Of a DNA stretch of 64,000 nt, positions 52,828-63,200 are shown piece after piece. Location: the IMG/VR virus record IMGVR_UViG_2875697941_000001, one strand, 5' to 3'. How positions within the stretch are numbered: the stretch's first letter is position 1; every line of letters starts with the position of its first letter. The DNA comes from a virus (taxonomy: Duplodnaviria; Heunggongvirae; Uroviricota; Caudoviricetes). The notes beneath the pieces are model-generated. The model had not been told where the DNA came from and did no database searches. It worked only from the letters and a program-made list of their open reading frames with translations. A program made the translations under genes and the position numbers.

Positions 52828-55800
52828 TATGCAAACTCCTCGATAATACAAATCCCTGCAGCGCCTTTCCCGCCCGTCATACTGGTTCCGCTATAACCGG
52901 CATCGTATGCACCACCGCCGCCCGAACCATATGCCCGACCGATAACGCCACCGCCAGCGCCTGCGCGACCACCGCCCCCCCAGAACGATGATCCTCCTTC
53001 ACCACTGACGCTGATATTTCCGGACTGACCGTCACCTCCATGCCCACCAATAATGCGGACATCACCAGTATTCGGCGCGCCTCCATTACCACCGTTCGTG
53101 TTTGTGACTCCTACTTTCCCGCCGCCTTCACCGCCAGGGGCTATTACCGTTCCGAACGAGCTATCACCGCCCTTGAGGCCGTTCGTCGCACCAACACCGC
53201 CGCCCCCACCTGCGCCGATAGTGACTGGATAACTATTCTGTGTCGGGGTCATTATTGAAATTATTGTCCCACCGGCCCCACCGCCAGCACCGAAAAACGT
53301 CTCGTTATTGGATGTAGCCTGGCAGCCACCACCTCCGCCACCGCCGCCCGTAATTGTGACCCTGATTCGTTTTGTTCCTGGCGTCGGGGTATACGTACCT
53401 GATGAAGTGAAAACCCGGGTATTCACCAAACGCCCAACATATCCGCTTGAATCGCTCAGGCCAAGGTTAGCAGCAGTTAAAGTAATATTTGCAGAACCAT
53501 CAAACTTAACACCGTTGATAGTGCGTGCAGTCTGTAGTTTCGTTGCGGTTGCGGCATTACCGGTAGTGCTCTGATTACCTGCTTTATTCACGCCCGGCAG
53601 GTCGATATTGGCACTACCATCGAATGACACTCCGCCTATTGTGCGTGCTGTTTGCAGTTTTGTTGCAGTTGCAGCATTGCCGGTAGTGCTCTGATTACCT
53701 GTTTTATTCACGCCCGGCAGGTCGATATTGGCACTACCATCAAATGACACCCCGCCGATTGTGCGTACTGTTTGCAGTTTCGTAGCGGTTGCAGCATTGC
53801 CGTTCAAACTACCATTGATGCCGCCAGTAACATTGAGTCCATTACCGATCGTAACAGTACCATTGGCATTGTTAATGATAAGCGGCCTTAAATTATTATA
53901 GGTTCCCAGGCTGTTACCCGAATTGGTCAACATGAAATATGTGTTTGAACCATCGTTTCGGATAAAGAATCCGTAGTTTCCGTAGGCAATGCGCAGACCA
54001 TTCGCCGATTTTGAAATGATCTCACCAGTAGCCGTTAAACCGCCGTTGAGATTTCCTCCGGTTATTGGTAATGCGCCGACATCCGTGGCGGTCGGTTTAA
54101 TGTGCGAACTGTAAATTACATATACAGTTCCATCTGTCAGGCCTGTTGGTTTATTCGCTGTATAAGATGGTGATGTATGAATCGTTACGCTGGCGTTACT
54201 GGTATAATCCCACTGAATATTAACACGTGTGGTGTAATTACCTATTTCAACATAAACATCATAGGTATCACCGGATGTATTCACCCATGCAAAATTAGTA
54301 AATCCAACCGATGTCCGTCGCCATAACGCACCAGTAAGACCTTTTGGATTCCCATTTCCCGCACGAAGAACAAGTTCAGATATACCAGCCTGCATAGGGG
54401 AGTTAACATTATATCCAGAACCACCAATCAGGCTTATGTAAACCACGGAACTGGACTGTGGCATGGTTACAGTTGCCAGCTTGAACCATCCAGTACCACC
54501 ACTAAAAGACATTGTTGTTGAGTTGATCGTGCCTATAGACCTTGGAGTTAGCTCAATGTTTTTAGAACCGTCAAACAACACCCCATTTATAGTTCTAGCG
54601 GTTTGTAACTTGGTCGCTGTCGCTGCATTACCGGATGTATTCTGATTACCCGCAACGTTAACACCAGGTAAATTAATATTCGCAGTACCATCAAAGCTAA
54701 CTCCGCCGATAGTTCTTGCCGTCTGTAGTTTTGTAGCAGTTGCCGCATTGCCAGTTGTATTCTGATTGCCAGTGGCATTCACACCAGGAATGGAGTCCCT
54801 TGATGTATATACCTGCGCCCACGCTGACCATGCCGCATCAGTGTGATCTCTTCGGGAGCGAATGAAAACCGGCGCATGTGCACCGCTCGTACCACTCCAG
54901 CCAATAAGCAACTCGCCCTCACCAGCAGCACTCGCACCTTTCATGTGCAATACGTTGCCATACGCGGTCGGGTAGCTATTGTTGTACGCCTCATACATCT
55001 GCAATCCAGTAGCAGCACCTTGTGTTGTATCGGTGAGCGCAGTAACACGCCCTCTGGACGTAATTGTTGGTATCGAAATGTTCGCAGAACCATCAAACTT
55101 AACACCGTTGATTGTGCGTGCTGTTTGCAGTTTTGTAGCAGTTGCAGCATTGCCGGTAGTGCTCTGATTACCTGCTTTATTCACGCCCGGCAGGTCGATA
55201 TTGGCACTACCATCAAACGACACTCCGCCGATTGTGCGTGCTGTTTGCAGTTTTGTGGCGGTGGATGCATTACCTGTCAAAGATCCACTAAGAGCCACGG
55301 CACTAAGAGACTTAACACTTACATCCTGACCCCATCCGGAAACAACAACCTGACTCCACGCTGTCCAGTTTCCATTAACAACAAAGCGAACGTATATACG
55401 TTTTGTGTCGCTGTTAATCAGCGTTTGCATGTTCGCATAATCTGATCCCGTAGTCTTACGAATCGACTCTACACGAACCAAAAAGTTACCGCTTACGCCG
55501 TCAGGCTTATTGGTAATATTTGCACCACCTGCGACAGTTTTGCATTGATAGTATTTAACGGATCCAGCTTCTGTATTAGCAATAATCAAGTCGTTTAAAT
55601 CAATAGCCCGGCCGTCAATGGCTTCCGGCTCGATGGCTCCTGCTATCCCGGCACTGAATGTAGCAGCGGCTGAAAACGCTGTCTTACCTTTGAAAGTCTG
55701 TTGAGAACTCCAGGTATTAGCTGTGCTCAACAGGGGGATCTTTTCGCCGCTGGTTCCGATTTCTCTTAAACCAAGGTATTGGATAACAGCCAGTGTGCTT

Positions 55801-57134
55801 GTTTTAGCCAGGATATCGCGACCGACTGACGTTAAATCAGTCTGGGAAACAGTGTCTGTACCGGTAAAGTACGGCAATTTATTTGCGCCTGTCGCAAGAC
55901 CAGCAAGCGCGGTTAAAGTTGCATCCAGAGGCTGTTTGCCTGCCAGCGCATTTGTCATTGTTGTCGCAAAGTTCGGGTCATTGCCCAGTGCTGCTGCAAG
56001 CTCATTCAGGGTATCAAGAGCTTCAGGTGATGAGCCGACCAATGCAGAGATAGCAGCTCTTACATAAGCGGTCGTAGCAATCTGCGTGTTATTCGTACCC
56101 TGTGCAGCGGTAGGCGCAGTAGGTATTCCCGTTAATGCAGGACTTGCTAAAGGAGCTTTAAGAGCCAGAGCATTGTTGATAGTTGTGCTGAAATTCGGGT
56201 CGTTATTGATCGCAGCAGCTATTTCTTTAAGCGTATCCAGTGTGCCAGGTGCACCGTTGATAAGTGCCGTTACAGCTGCCTTAACAAAGGCTGTATTTGC
56301 GATCTGCGTGCTGTTTGTACCTTGCGCTGCCGTCGGCGCGGTTGGCGTTCCTGTCAGACTCGGGCTTTCTATTGGCGCTTTGGTATCAGCCAGCTCTTTT
56401 ACAGACTTAACGGCTTTAGGGGTAGCCGCCATTGTTTCGCTGTCGCTGTTAGTTGCGCTACTGAGCTGAACTAATCCCTTTTGTGTTGTGCTTGCATCCT
56501 GCGCCGTATACTTGCTTTTAGCCAGATCGTAGGCTTTTTTAACCGCCAGCGAACTTGCAGCGACATCACTTCTGGTACTGGTTACAGAGTCGGAAATTTC
56601 AATGCCTATCGCGAGATCGATGCGGTCGGATACATCTATCATTTCCTTAGTAATAGCAGATACGCCAGCAGGGATATTCACCGTACAAACAAGCAGTTCC
56701 CCATCTCCTAACTGATATGAATCGGTATAGGTTCTGGCAACAAATTCAGCCGCATGAATATGTGACGCGGTATTAACCTGATAAGAATCTTCTCCAAGGA
56801 GGTATCTTCCCTTCAGCACAATTGCATATTTCTTACCTGCGCTAAGTGCAAGAGAAATATCCTTACGCTGCTGAATAGTTACCTGGTAGAATTCACCAAT
56901 ATTCACTGACGCCGCGCCAGCGGTTTTATCACCATCCACTGAGGTGATTAACAGGTTCATCCCACCGCCAGGCTTAGGAAAAAAACCGGCATAAAATCCA
57001 GGGTCAACAATTCCCCTGAATTTTCGGTTTAGCGCGGCTGACAGATATGGTTCGTGGTATTGCACATCAGCCACCAGAGCCAACGACTCGGGTGATGGGT
57101 AAGTAACCGATGTGACAACTGTAACGTCATTCAT
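52827..57134 (-). CDS. tail-fibre protein S (constant N-part, long variable part with repeats and Gly-rich C-terminus)
   Basis: start taken at in-frame ATG after R-like stop (track ORF extends to 57221); cix-like site at codons 479-487; three blocks of about 34-aa repeats; C-terminal 170 aa about 45 percent Gly. Confidence 0.85.
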   Translation of the reverse strand: MNDVTVVTSVTYPSPESLALVADVQYHEPYLSAALNRKFRGIVDPGFYAGFFPKPGGGMNLLITSVDGDKTAGAASVNIGEFYQVTIQQRKDISLALSAGKKYAIVLKGRYLLGEDSYQVNTASHIHAAEFVARTYTDSYQLGDGELLVCTVNIPAGVSAITKEMIDVSDRIDLAIGIEISDSVTSTRSDVAASSLAVKKAYDLAKSKYTAQDASTTQKGLVQLSSATNSDSETMAATPKAVKSVKELADTKAPIESPSLTGTPTAPTAAQGTNSTQIANTAFVKAAVTALINGAPGTLDTLKEIAAAINNDPNFSTTINNALALKAPLASPALTGIPTAPTAAQGTNNTQIATTAYVRAAISALVGSSPEALDTLNELAAALGNDPNFATTMTNALAGKQPLDATLTALAGLATGANKLPYFTGTDTVSQTDLTSVGRDILAKTSTLAVIQYLGLREIGTSGEKIPLLSTANTWSSQQTFKGKTAFSAAATFSAGIAGAIEPEAIDGRAIDLNDLIIANTEAGSVKYYQCKTVAGGANITNKPDGVSGNFLVRVESIRKTTGSDYANMQTLINSDTKRIYVRFVVNGNWTAWSQVVVSGWGQDVSVKSLSAVALSGSLTGNASTATKLQTARTIGGVSFDGSANIDLPGVNKAGNQSTTGNAATATKLQTARTINGVKFDGSANISIPTITSRGRVTALTDTTQGAATGLQMYEAYNNSYPTAYGNVLHMKGASAAGEGELLIGWSGTSGAHAPVFIRSRRDHTDAAWSAWAQVYTSRDSIPGVNATGNQNTTGNAATATKLQTARTIGGVSFDGTANINLPGVNVAGNQNTSGNAATATKLQTARTINGVLFDGSKNIELTPRSIGTINSTTMSFSGGTGWFKLATVTMPQSSSVVYISLIGGSGYNVNSPMQAGISELVLRAGNGNPKGLTGALWRRTSVGFTNFAWVNTSGDTYDVYVEIGNYTTRVNIQWDYTSNASVTIHTSPSYTANKPTGLTDGTVYVIYSSHIKPTATDVGALPITGGNLNGGLTATGEIISKSANGLRIAYGNYGFFIRNDGSNTYFMLTNSGNSLGTYNNLRPLIINNANGTVTIGNGLNVTGGINGSLNGNAATATKLQTVRTIGGVSFDGSANIDLPGVNKTGNQSTTGNAATATKLQTARTIGGVSFDGSANIDLPGVNKAGNQSTTGNAATATKLQTARTINGVKFDGSANITLTAANLGLSDSSGYVGRLVNTRVFTSSGTYTPTPGTKRIRVTITGGGGGGGGCQATSNNETFFGAGGGAGGTIISIMTPTQNSYPVTIGAGGGGGVGATNGLKGGDSSFGTVIAPGGEGGGKVGVTNTNGGNGGAPNTGDVRIIGGHGGDGQSGNISVSGEGGSSFWGGGGRAGAGGGVIGRAYGSGGGGAYDAGYSGTSMTGGKGAAGICIIEEFA
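53472..53810 (-). repeat. coding tandem repeat block 3 in S (about 3 x 102-117 bp)
   Basis: repeated GNAATATKLQT(A/V)RTIGGVSFDGSANIDLPGVNK(A/T)GNQSTT units, residues about 1138-1250. Confidence 0.7.
54546..54779 (-). repeat. coding tandem repeat block 2 in S (2 units)
   Basis: same repeat family, residues about 815-892. Confidence 0.65.
55062..55274 (-). repeat. coding tandem repeat block 1 in S (2 units)
   Basis: same repeat family, residues about 650-720. Confidence 0.65.
55761..55786. other. cix/gix-like 26-bp crossover site inside S
   Basis: TTCTCTTAAACCAAGGTATTGGATAA resembles Din-family sites (gix/hix type, half sites around central AACCAAGGT); lies at S constant/variable junction. 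Confidence 0.6.
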
Positions 57135-57145
57135 CAAGCATATCC

Positions 57146-57580
57146 TTATGCTGTAGTCGTGTTTATGGCCATAACTGCGGTATATGTTTTGCCCACATAC
57201 AGCGAGTCTTCCTGGACACAAATAATGGCGATTGGCTTGTTCTCGTTATCCAGAACAACCAGAGTGTTGAATGGGTAGTTTTTCCCTTTCTGCAACTGGC
57301 TTTGATCAAGGTCCATTCGGACAGTAATTATCCCGCCTGAGTAGGTTGGGACGAGGTTGATGGTGCAAAATTTACTGGTCAGTTCTGCCAGATCGAAAGC
57401 CTTTGGCAGTTCTCCAATCTCATAAGTGCCATCTCCTTTCTTAGTAACCAGTGAACTGGTACCGAAAACGGCCTTGCTGATTAAAAATCGAGAGCCTTTG
57501 TTAATGGACGATTCAGCGCGCCGCTGATAGTAATAGTCCAACAACTGACTCTTATAGAGGTTTGTTGAGACGTCAGACAT
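57146..57580 (-). CDS. tail-fibre-associated structural protein (P1 R position)
   Basis: 144-aa ORF directly upstream of S. Confidence 0.55.
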   Translation of the reverse strand: MSDVSTNLYKSQLLDYYYQRRAESSINKGSRFLISKAVFGTSSLVTKKGDGTYEIGELPKAFDLAELTSKFCTINLVPTYSGGIITVRMDLDQSQLQKGKNYPFNTLVVLDNENKPIAIICVQEDSLYVGKTYTAVMAINTTTA

Positions 57581-57658
57581 GATTTTCCCTAATCAATGTT
57601 GTGAAGCCTCATTGTAAGAAAAGTAACTTGTCACCCCGCCCTGCGGACGGGGTGATTG

Positions 57659-58498
57659 TCAGGCGTCGCTATCCAGCAACAAATCATCTGCGCGTGTGCG
57701 ATCAAACGTAGGTGTCGCTTTCACAATAGTGCCACCAGGCGTTGCGGTGATCGGGGCGCTAATCGACGTAACTCCAGTAAGCGAAGTTGTATCCGAAGTT
57801 TCAAACCAGCAGTACGCTTTTTCGGTATCAGAAATCTCGTTCAAAGTGATCATGTCGGCCTGTTCATTCACAACAACCGACAAATAGAGCGTAAGCCCAT
57901 CAAACACTATATGCAGTGGCAGTAGAGGCTTTACGAACTGATTAAACTTTCTGAGAATTTCTTCTGTAATTGCGGACTGATCTATCGTGCCAGTAATACC
58001 CATTGTCCGGGCCAGGTCGTTTATGGGAATACTGATCATCCCTCTGGAAGTCAGAAACATCTCGCCGAATGTGCCGCCGGTAGTTTCCAGTGTGCTTTCT
58101 GGTATTAGAACTGTGCCATAGGGATGACGTTCAAGGTCCACCGGTGCATATATCGGATCCCATAAAACAGAAATACCATTAAATTCGCGGTAAATTGTCT
58201 GGTTTATAGGGCGTTCAGTCCCCTTAAAGTGAATCTCATCAAGCCGCTGTTGTAACAACATCGGAACGGAAGATGAGTTTGAGGTTCTGATAGTAAAGAA
58301 CTGGCCAAGTTCATTTGTCCTGGTCTCCAGATCCTCCTTGCTCATGGAAAAAATAGACTTCCGGTTGGTAATTCGCTCCAACCATGGGTCAACAAAGGTG
58401 TCCATCATTGACTGAACCAAATCAGCCAATGATTTATAGAGCAATGACTTTTGCTTAGCTGATGTAAGCCGATTATTAAACCAGGAACGTTGCATCAC
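57659..58498 (-). CDS. baseplate/tail structural protein (P1 gene 16 position)
   Basis: 279-aa ORF, start overlaps upstream gene. Confidence 0.6.
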   Translation of the reverse strand: MMQRSWFNNRLTSAKQKSLLYKSLADLVQSMMDTFVDPWLERITNRKSIFSMSKEDLETRTNELGQFFTIRTSNSSSVPMLLQQRLDEIHFKGTERPINQTIYREFNGISVLWDPIYAPVDLERHPYGTVLIPESTLETTGGTFGEMFLTSRGMISIPINDLARTMGITGTIDQSAITEEILRKFNQFVKPLLPLHIVFDGLTLYLSVVVNEQADMITLNEISDTEKAYCWFETSDTTSLTGVTSISAPITATPGGTIVKATPTFDRTRADDLLLDSDA

Positions 58499-59928
58499 TC
58501 CTCCTCATACGAAATATTAAAGGTGGAGTTTTCTGTATCCAGATAAACGAAATCGTAAAAGCCGTTGGACTCATTCCACTCGACAAATTCCAGATAAAAG
58601 TCGCGGAAATAACCCAGCGTTTCGATAAATGCCCAAACGTCTTTTTTCTTGATCAGGATGTACTTGCCGACACCGTTCGGATCAAAGAAATTTGAGTCGC
58701 GCCCAAATTTTGTTTCCAGTGCCGACTTCAACTCATCAGTCACGTTCTCAATAGTCAGGCTTGCCGATATCCGCCCGGTGATGGTTATCTTAAATGGTAG
58801 TTTTCTGACCTCTTTATAAGAGAATTTCTTGTTCAGTTCATTCGGTACCTTCTTAAAGGCAGTCAGGATCATTTCTTCAAGCTCTGACTGGCTTTTATTT
58901 GGATGCCATCCTGAAATAAATATCTTATTGATATTCTGAACATTATAAGCACCATCTAATTTCTCTTGCTGGCCTTCGCCCCATGCCTTTACCCAGGACA
59001 GCCCCGGGATGTTACGAACCAGAAAATACGTATAGTCCCCGCCCCATACGACCTGATCATCATAGGCAAGGTAATATTGTGCACGGTTACGTGTGATCTC
59101 CGTTGTTTCAGCATCGGTACCTGCGGTTATAGGTGTCGTTGTCTTAACTGAAATCAAATTAGCTAAATTAGCCGCAGAATCGACAGGCGTCAGGTTTTGG
59201 CCAGCAACCAGGGTTATATCGCCGTTGGTGCACCATACCTTAAGCGTAATTGTCGAACCTTCTGGCGGTATTTGCCCAATTAGCCCATCGCCGAATCGAA
59301 CCCCCAACTGCTCGGATGGTTTATAAAACTCAACGTAGACCTGGCTTTTACTACCGGCTAACCGGAACATAGTGCTGGAAGACCACTGCGTGGTCTTACC
59401 ATCGGTCGTCACGAATACTTCCAGCTTATAGCAGACAGCAGTAAGAGCCTTTGATAACACGACTTCCAGAAATTCTTTGGCTGCCGTAACGGTATATGTC
59501 ACCTCCTGGATTTCCAACTGTGCCACTTCTACCGTACCGGTGCCGTCAACCAACCTGCATACATCCATAGTCATGTAAGGGTACTGGTCGTCAGATATTA
59601 AAGGCATGTTTTTGGGGATTACCGCTGGGGCATCTTCACTTGTGGCGGTGATCTCAATCATCCCCGATGACGGTGTTGGCTTGGTACCAACGTAACTATT
59701 CGTTTCTGCCGCTGCCAGGATAGAGGAACGCCGCGTCGCGGTCGATATAAAGCCTTCAGCCAGCGCCGCATCGGCATACTGAAAGCACCTGTAGACAATC
59801 TGGGTAATAAACAATGTCAGCATCGAGACAAATTGAGAGCCGACAAACTTCGACCAGAATGAATCTTTCTCGACAAGCTCTTCAAACTCTGCACGAATAC
59901 TGTCTTTAGTCGGTGTTGTTTTACTCAT
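58495..59928 (-). CDS. baseplate protein (P1 bplA position; gpJ-like wedge)
   Basis: 477-aa ORF in tightly overlapped structural operon. Confidence 0.6.
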   Translation of the reverse strand: MSKTTPTKDSIRAEFEELVEKDSFWSKFVGSQFVSMLTLFITQIVYRCFQYADAALAEGFISTATRRSSILAAAETNSYVGTKPTPSSGMIEITATSEDAPAVIPKNMPLISDDQYPYMTMDVCRLVDGTGTVEVAQLEIQEVTYTVTAAKEFLEVVLSKALTAVCYKLEVFVTTDGKTTQWSSSTMFRLAGSKSQVYVEFYKPSEQLGVRFGDGLIGQIPPEGSTITLKVWCTNGDITLVAGQNLTPVDSAANLANLISVKTTTPITAGTDAETTEITRNRAQYYLAYDDQVVWGGDYTYFLVRNIPGLSWVKAWGEGQQEKLDGAYNVQNINKIFISGWHPNKSQSELEEMILTAFKKVPNELNKKFSYKEVRKLPFKITITGRISASLTIENVTDELKSALETKFGRDSNFFDPNGVGKYILIKKKDVWAFIETLGYFRDFYLEFVEWNESNGFYDFVYLDTENSTFNISYEEE

Positions 59929-60284
59929 AGCACCACGTCCTGTGTGATAGTTATATCCCTGATACGAATGGATATTTTCAACTTATCAAAAGCATCTCCC
60001 TCGGCTACTGACAAGCCAGAAATCGGTATGTCAGGTAAATCTACCGTCAGTTTTTGCAACAGCATTGCCTCAACCGCAATTTGAACATGCGACAAGTTGG
60101 TCGGTTCGTGTTTAAACTGCGGTAAAACATTGCCCCATGACGGATCTCCGTATACCTCACCCTGATAAGTGTTTAGCCACTCATATAAACGAGCGCCCCA
60201 GGCCTCCTCCTGGGACTCATACGTTTTTACGCCGGATAACTCCAGCGTCAGCAAAGGATCAATTTCGTTATTGTTGGCCATCAA
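59925..60284 (-). CDS. small structural protein (P1 pmgA position; gpW/gp25-like?)
   Basis: 119-aa ORF overlapped on both sides. Confidence 0.5.
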   Translation of the reverse strand: MMANNNEIDPLLTLELSGVKTYESQEEAWGARLYEWLNTYQGEVYGDPSWGNVLPQFKHEPTNLSHVQIAVEAMLLQKLTVDLPDIPISGLSVAEGDAFDKLKISIRIRDITITQDVVL

Positions 60285-63200
60285 TCAACTCTCGCGTAGT
60301 CATTCATCAACGGATCATCAATTGACAGTGGTACCGTGCGCATAACGCCCGGCTGAGGCGTGCTGACCTTTACGACAGTTCCCTGGCCTTTCGCCGAGTC
60401 TTTGGTGTGCTCTTCAATCCTGGCAAGCAATGAGGTCATCTGCGCAAACAGCCGCTTCGTTTCACCATCAAGTGAAACGGTATTATCAGCCAACTGCATT
60501 GTCGGCTTGGCACCGGAACCGCCAAGGTCACTAATAACCTGCCCGTCTATCTGCATACGACCGGTTGGTTGCTGCAAATCGTTGGCGGCAGTCGTCACCT
60601 TGGACGTGGAGGCTGGTTCAGTCGCATTATTTTTCCGCATCCCCGGCGAGTTGCGGAGTTTATCGAATAGTCCATCAATCCCCATTTGTGCGCCGAGTTG
60701 GTCAAAGTAACTTGAGTTGCTGGCCACCGGACGCGCCTCTTCAACTGGCATCGGAGTATCAACATACACATTGCCAGCTGCTGTTGCGGTCCCCTTCCCT
60801 CGTGCACGTTCTTCGAGCGTTCCCTGAACGACTTCCCGACGCATACCCCGGCCATTCATGAATTTGTTGACCAGATCGTTAACGCCAACAGCATTACCTA
60901 TTTTGTCTACCAGACCGCCTTTCTCAAACGGGCTATCACCATGGGTAAACGCCAGGCCAGTAGACTGATCGATAACAGCGTTATCAGGCAGTGGTCCCCT
61001 CACTCCATATTGCGCCCCACCCTGTGCTCCTGCTCCAGGTGTATAGATGTCACCACCTAAATAGCGAGCACGATGAGTATTGACCTTGATCGCGTACTCA
61101 CGGTTTTCTTTCGATAAGTCACCGGTGCCTTTTTTCCACTTATTAATAGTGCCAAACCCAGCGTTATATGCAGTTATAGCCTCGTTTAAATCTCCATTGG
61201 CTTGCTTCAGATACTTGCTCATGAGAAGAGCCGCAGCTTCTGCCGATTTCACAGGATCAAATGCATCCGGTTCCGATATCCCAGTCTCTTTACGAGCAAT
61301 ACTCGTGAACTGGAACATCCCGAGTGCGCCACCACTTAACTTTCCATCTGGTGATCTTGTAAGCGGAGACTTTGCGTTAGGATCCCCTCCTGATTCAGTT
61401 GCAGCAATCGAGTAAAGAGTGCCTTCTGGAAGGCCATATTTATTCTCTAGTTCAGCAAAATACGGTGCCAACTTATCTAGATTTGCCTTACCTTCAGCAC
61501 CAAGATTTCCGACTTTTACATCCAAGTTGCCATTGTTGTAGGTATCCGCTGCTTTCTGAATGTCATTCCTGGTGCCAGTGGTATTAAGCGACGATGATGA
61601 CGAGCTATTTTGTCCAATAGCATTATCAATTTTCTGCAACGCGCTATTGCCCGTTTCTACGGCATTTGCATTGATAATCTGATTAGCAGTTTCTTTAACT
61701 GTTTTATTGCTATCTTTCGCCGTGTCCAGTGCCGCATTTATCACGCGGGTAACAATATTAGTCTGTTTGGCATCGGATTCAGTTTTAGAATCAGATGTCT
61801 CCTGGTGGCTATTAACCGGAGCTTTTAACTCTGGAGTGATTTCTTTCGCATTAGCCTCGCCGATCGGATTGGGTATTTTTGATACAATCATTGCCGCAGG
61901 GGTATTTTTAACGGCATCAACCGCTGCATCTAATGCTTTACCAGGTAAATTTTTAACCCCATCCCAAATATTACCAGCCGCCTCTTTAATGTGTTTCCCT
62001 GGGTTCTTAATGAAATCAATTGCACTATCAATTGCATCACTGAAAACCTGTTTCAGGTTATCAACAGTAAAGAAGTCTTTGATGGCATCCAGCTTTTCAA
62101 GCAGCTTATTAGATGTATCGCTAAACCATGCTGAAACAGCATCACCAATCTTTGCTGTGTAATCTTCGAACTTGGTAGAAATGGTGTCGCCAAGGTTAGA
62201 AATATATGTTTCTAAGTTGGTAATCCCACTATCAATGGCCTGGGCAATACTTTCCGTCGAAAATGATTGCAACATATTGCCGATATCCTCAAATCCAAGT
62301 GATTTGATAACCTCACCAATGGCGCTGCTAATACCAGATACCAGTCCCCCCATATCAAGAACATTGGCTAACGTATAAGCGGCTTTTTGCTGGAATGATG
62401 GATCTTGTCCTGATTTAAGCCCAAACGCTCGACGTTGCGCTTCTGTATCATTCCAACCGGTTACCGCATCATAAATACCTCCAGCCACTGTGCCGACTAA
62501 GGGAATTGCGCGTAACGCCCCTTTACCAACTGCCTTTAATCCAAGTTTACCTGCTGCCCGGGCAGCCAAATCTCCACCTTCATGGGCGATAGTCTTCTTG
62601 CCACCACCGCGTAGCATTCCTACAAGTTTCTTTGCCCCCAGAGCGCCAAAAGCGAGTGCTCCAGCTTTTTTCAGCATGCCACGCCCCATTAACAACGACG
62701 CGACGCCACCGGCCCCCTTCCCTAACAGGCTAAATAGTTTGGACAGCAAGCCGCCCTTCTTTTTCCCGGTGTTTTTGGCTATCTGATCAAGGGCGCTGAG
62801 AATCTTGTCATTGCCCTCTTTAATTTCGCTGGTCTGCTCCTGAAGTTCCTGAACTGTCCGTTTTTGGGTGTTAACCTGAACGACATCGGCACTATTTTGC
62901 GATTTACGCCTAAAAAAACCTTTTCTACGGCTGTTATCGTCATTGCCACGAATCACATCGGCAATAGACTTTCTGGCACCATTAAGCGATCCACCAACTT
63001 CTTTTGATATCCCGCCAAGCTCCTTCCCTGCTGCCCACAATGGACCAGCAACGGCATAACCTAACGCATCAACGGCACGAGTCTCTGAAGGGTTACCTAT
63101 GCCTTCAGCTACTTTTGACAGTTTTTTTAATAAACCTGATTCAGCATTTAGACGCTCATCATCCTCTTTGTGCCTGGCCTTTTCAGCACGTTCAGCACGG

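Noticed and set aside
53400-55300. Possible CRISPR array suggested by regularly spaced ~100-bp direct repeats
   Set aside because: Repeats lie in-frame inside the tail-fibre ORF, units are about 102 bp with no short unique spacers, and no cas genes are present; they are coding repeats.
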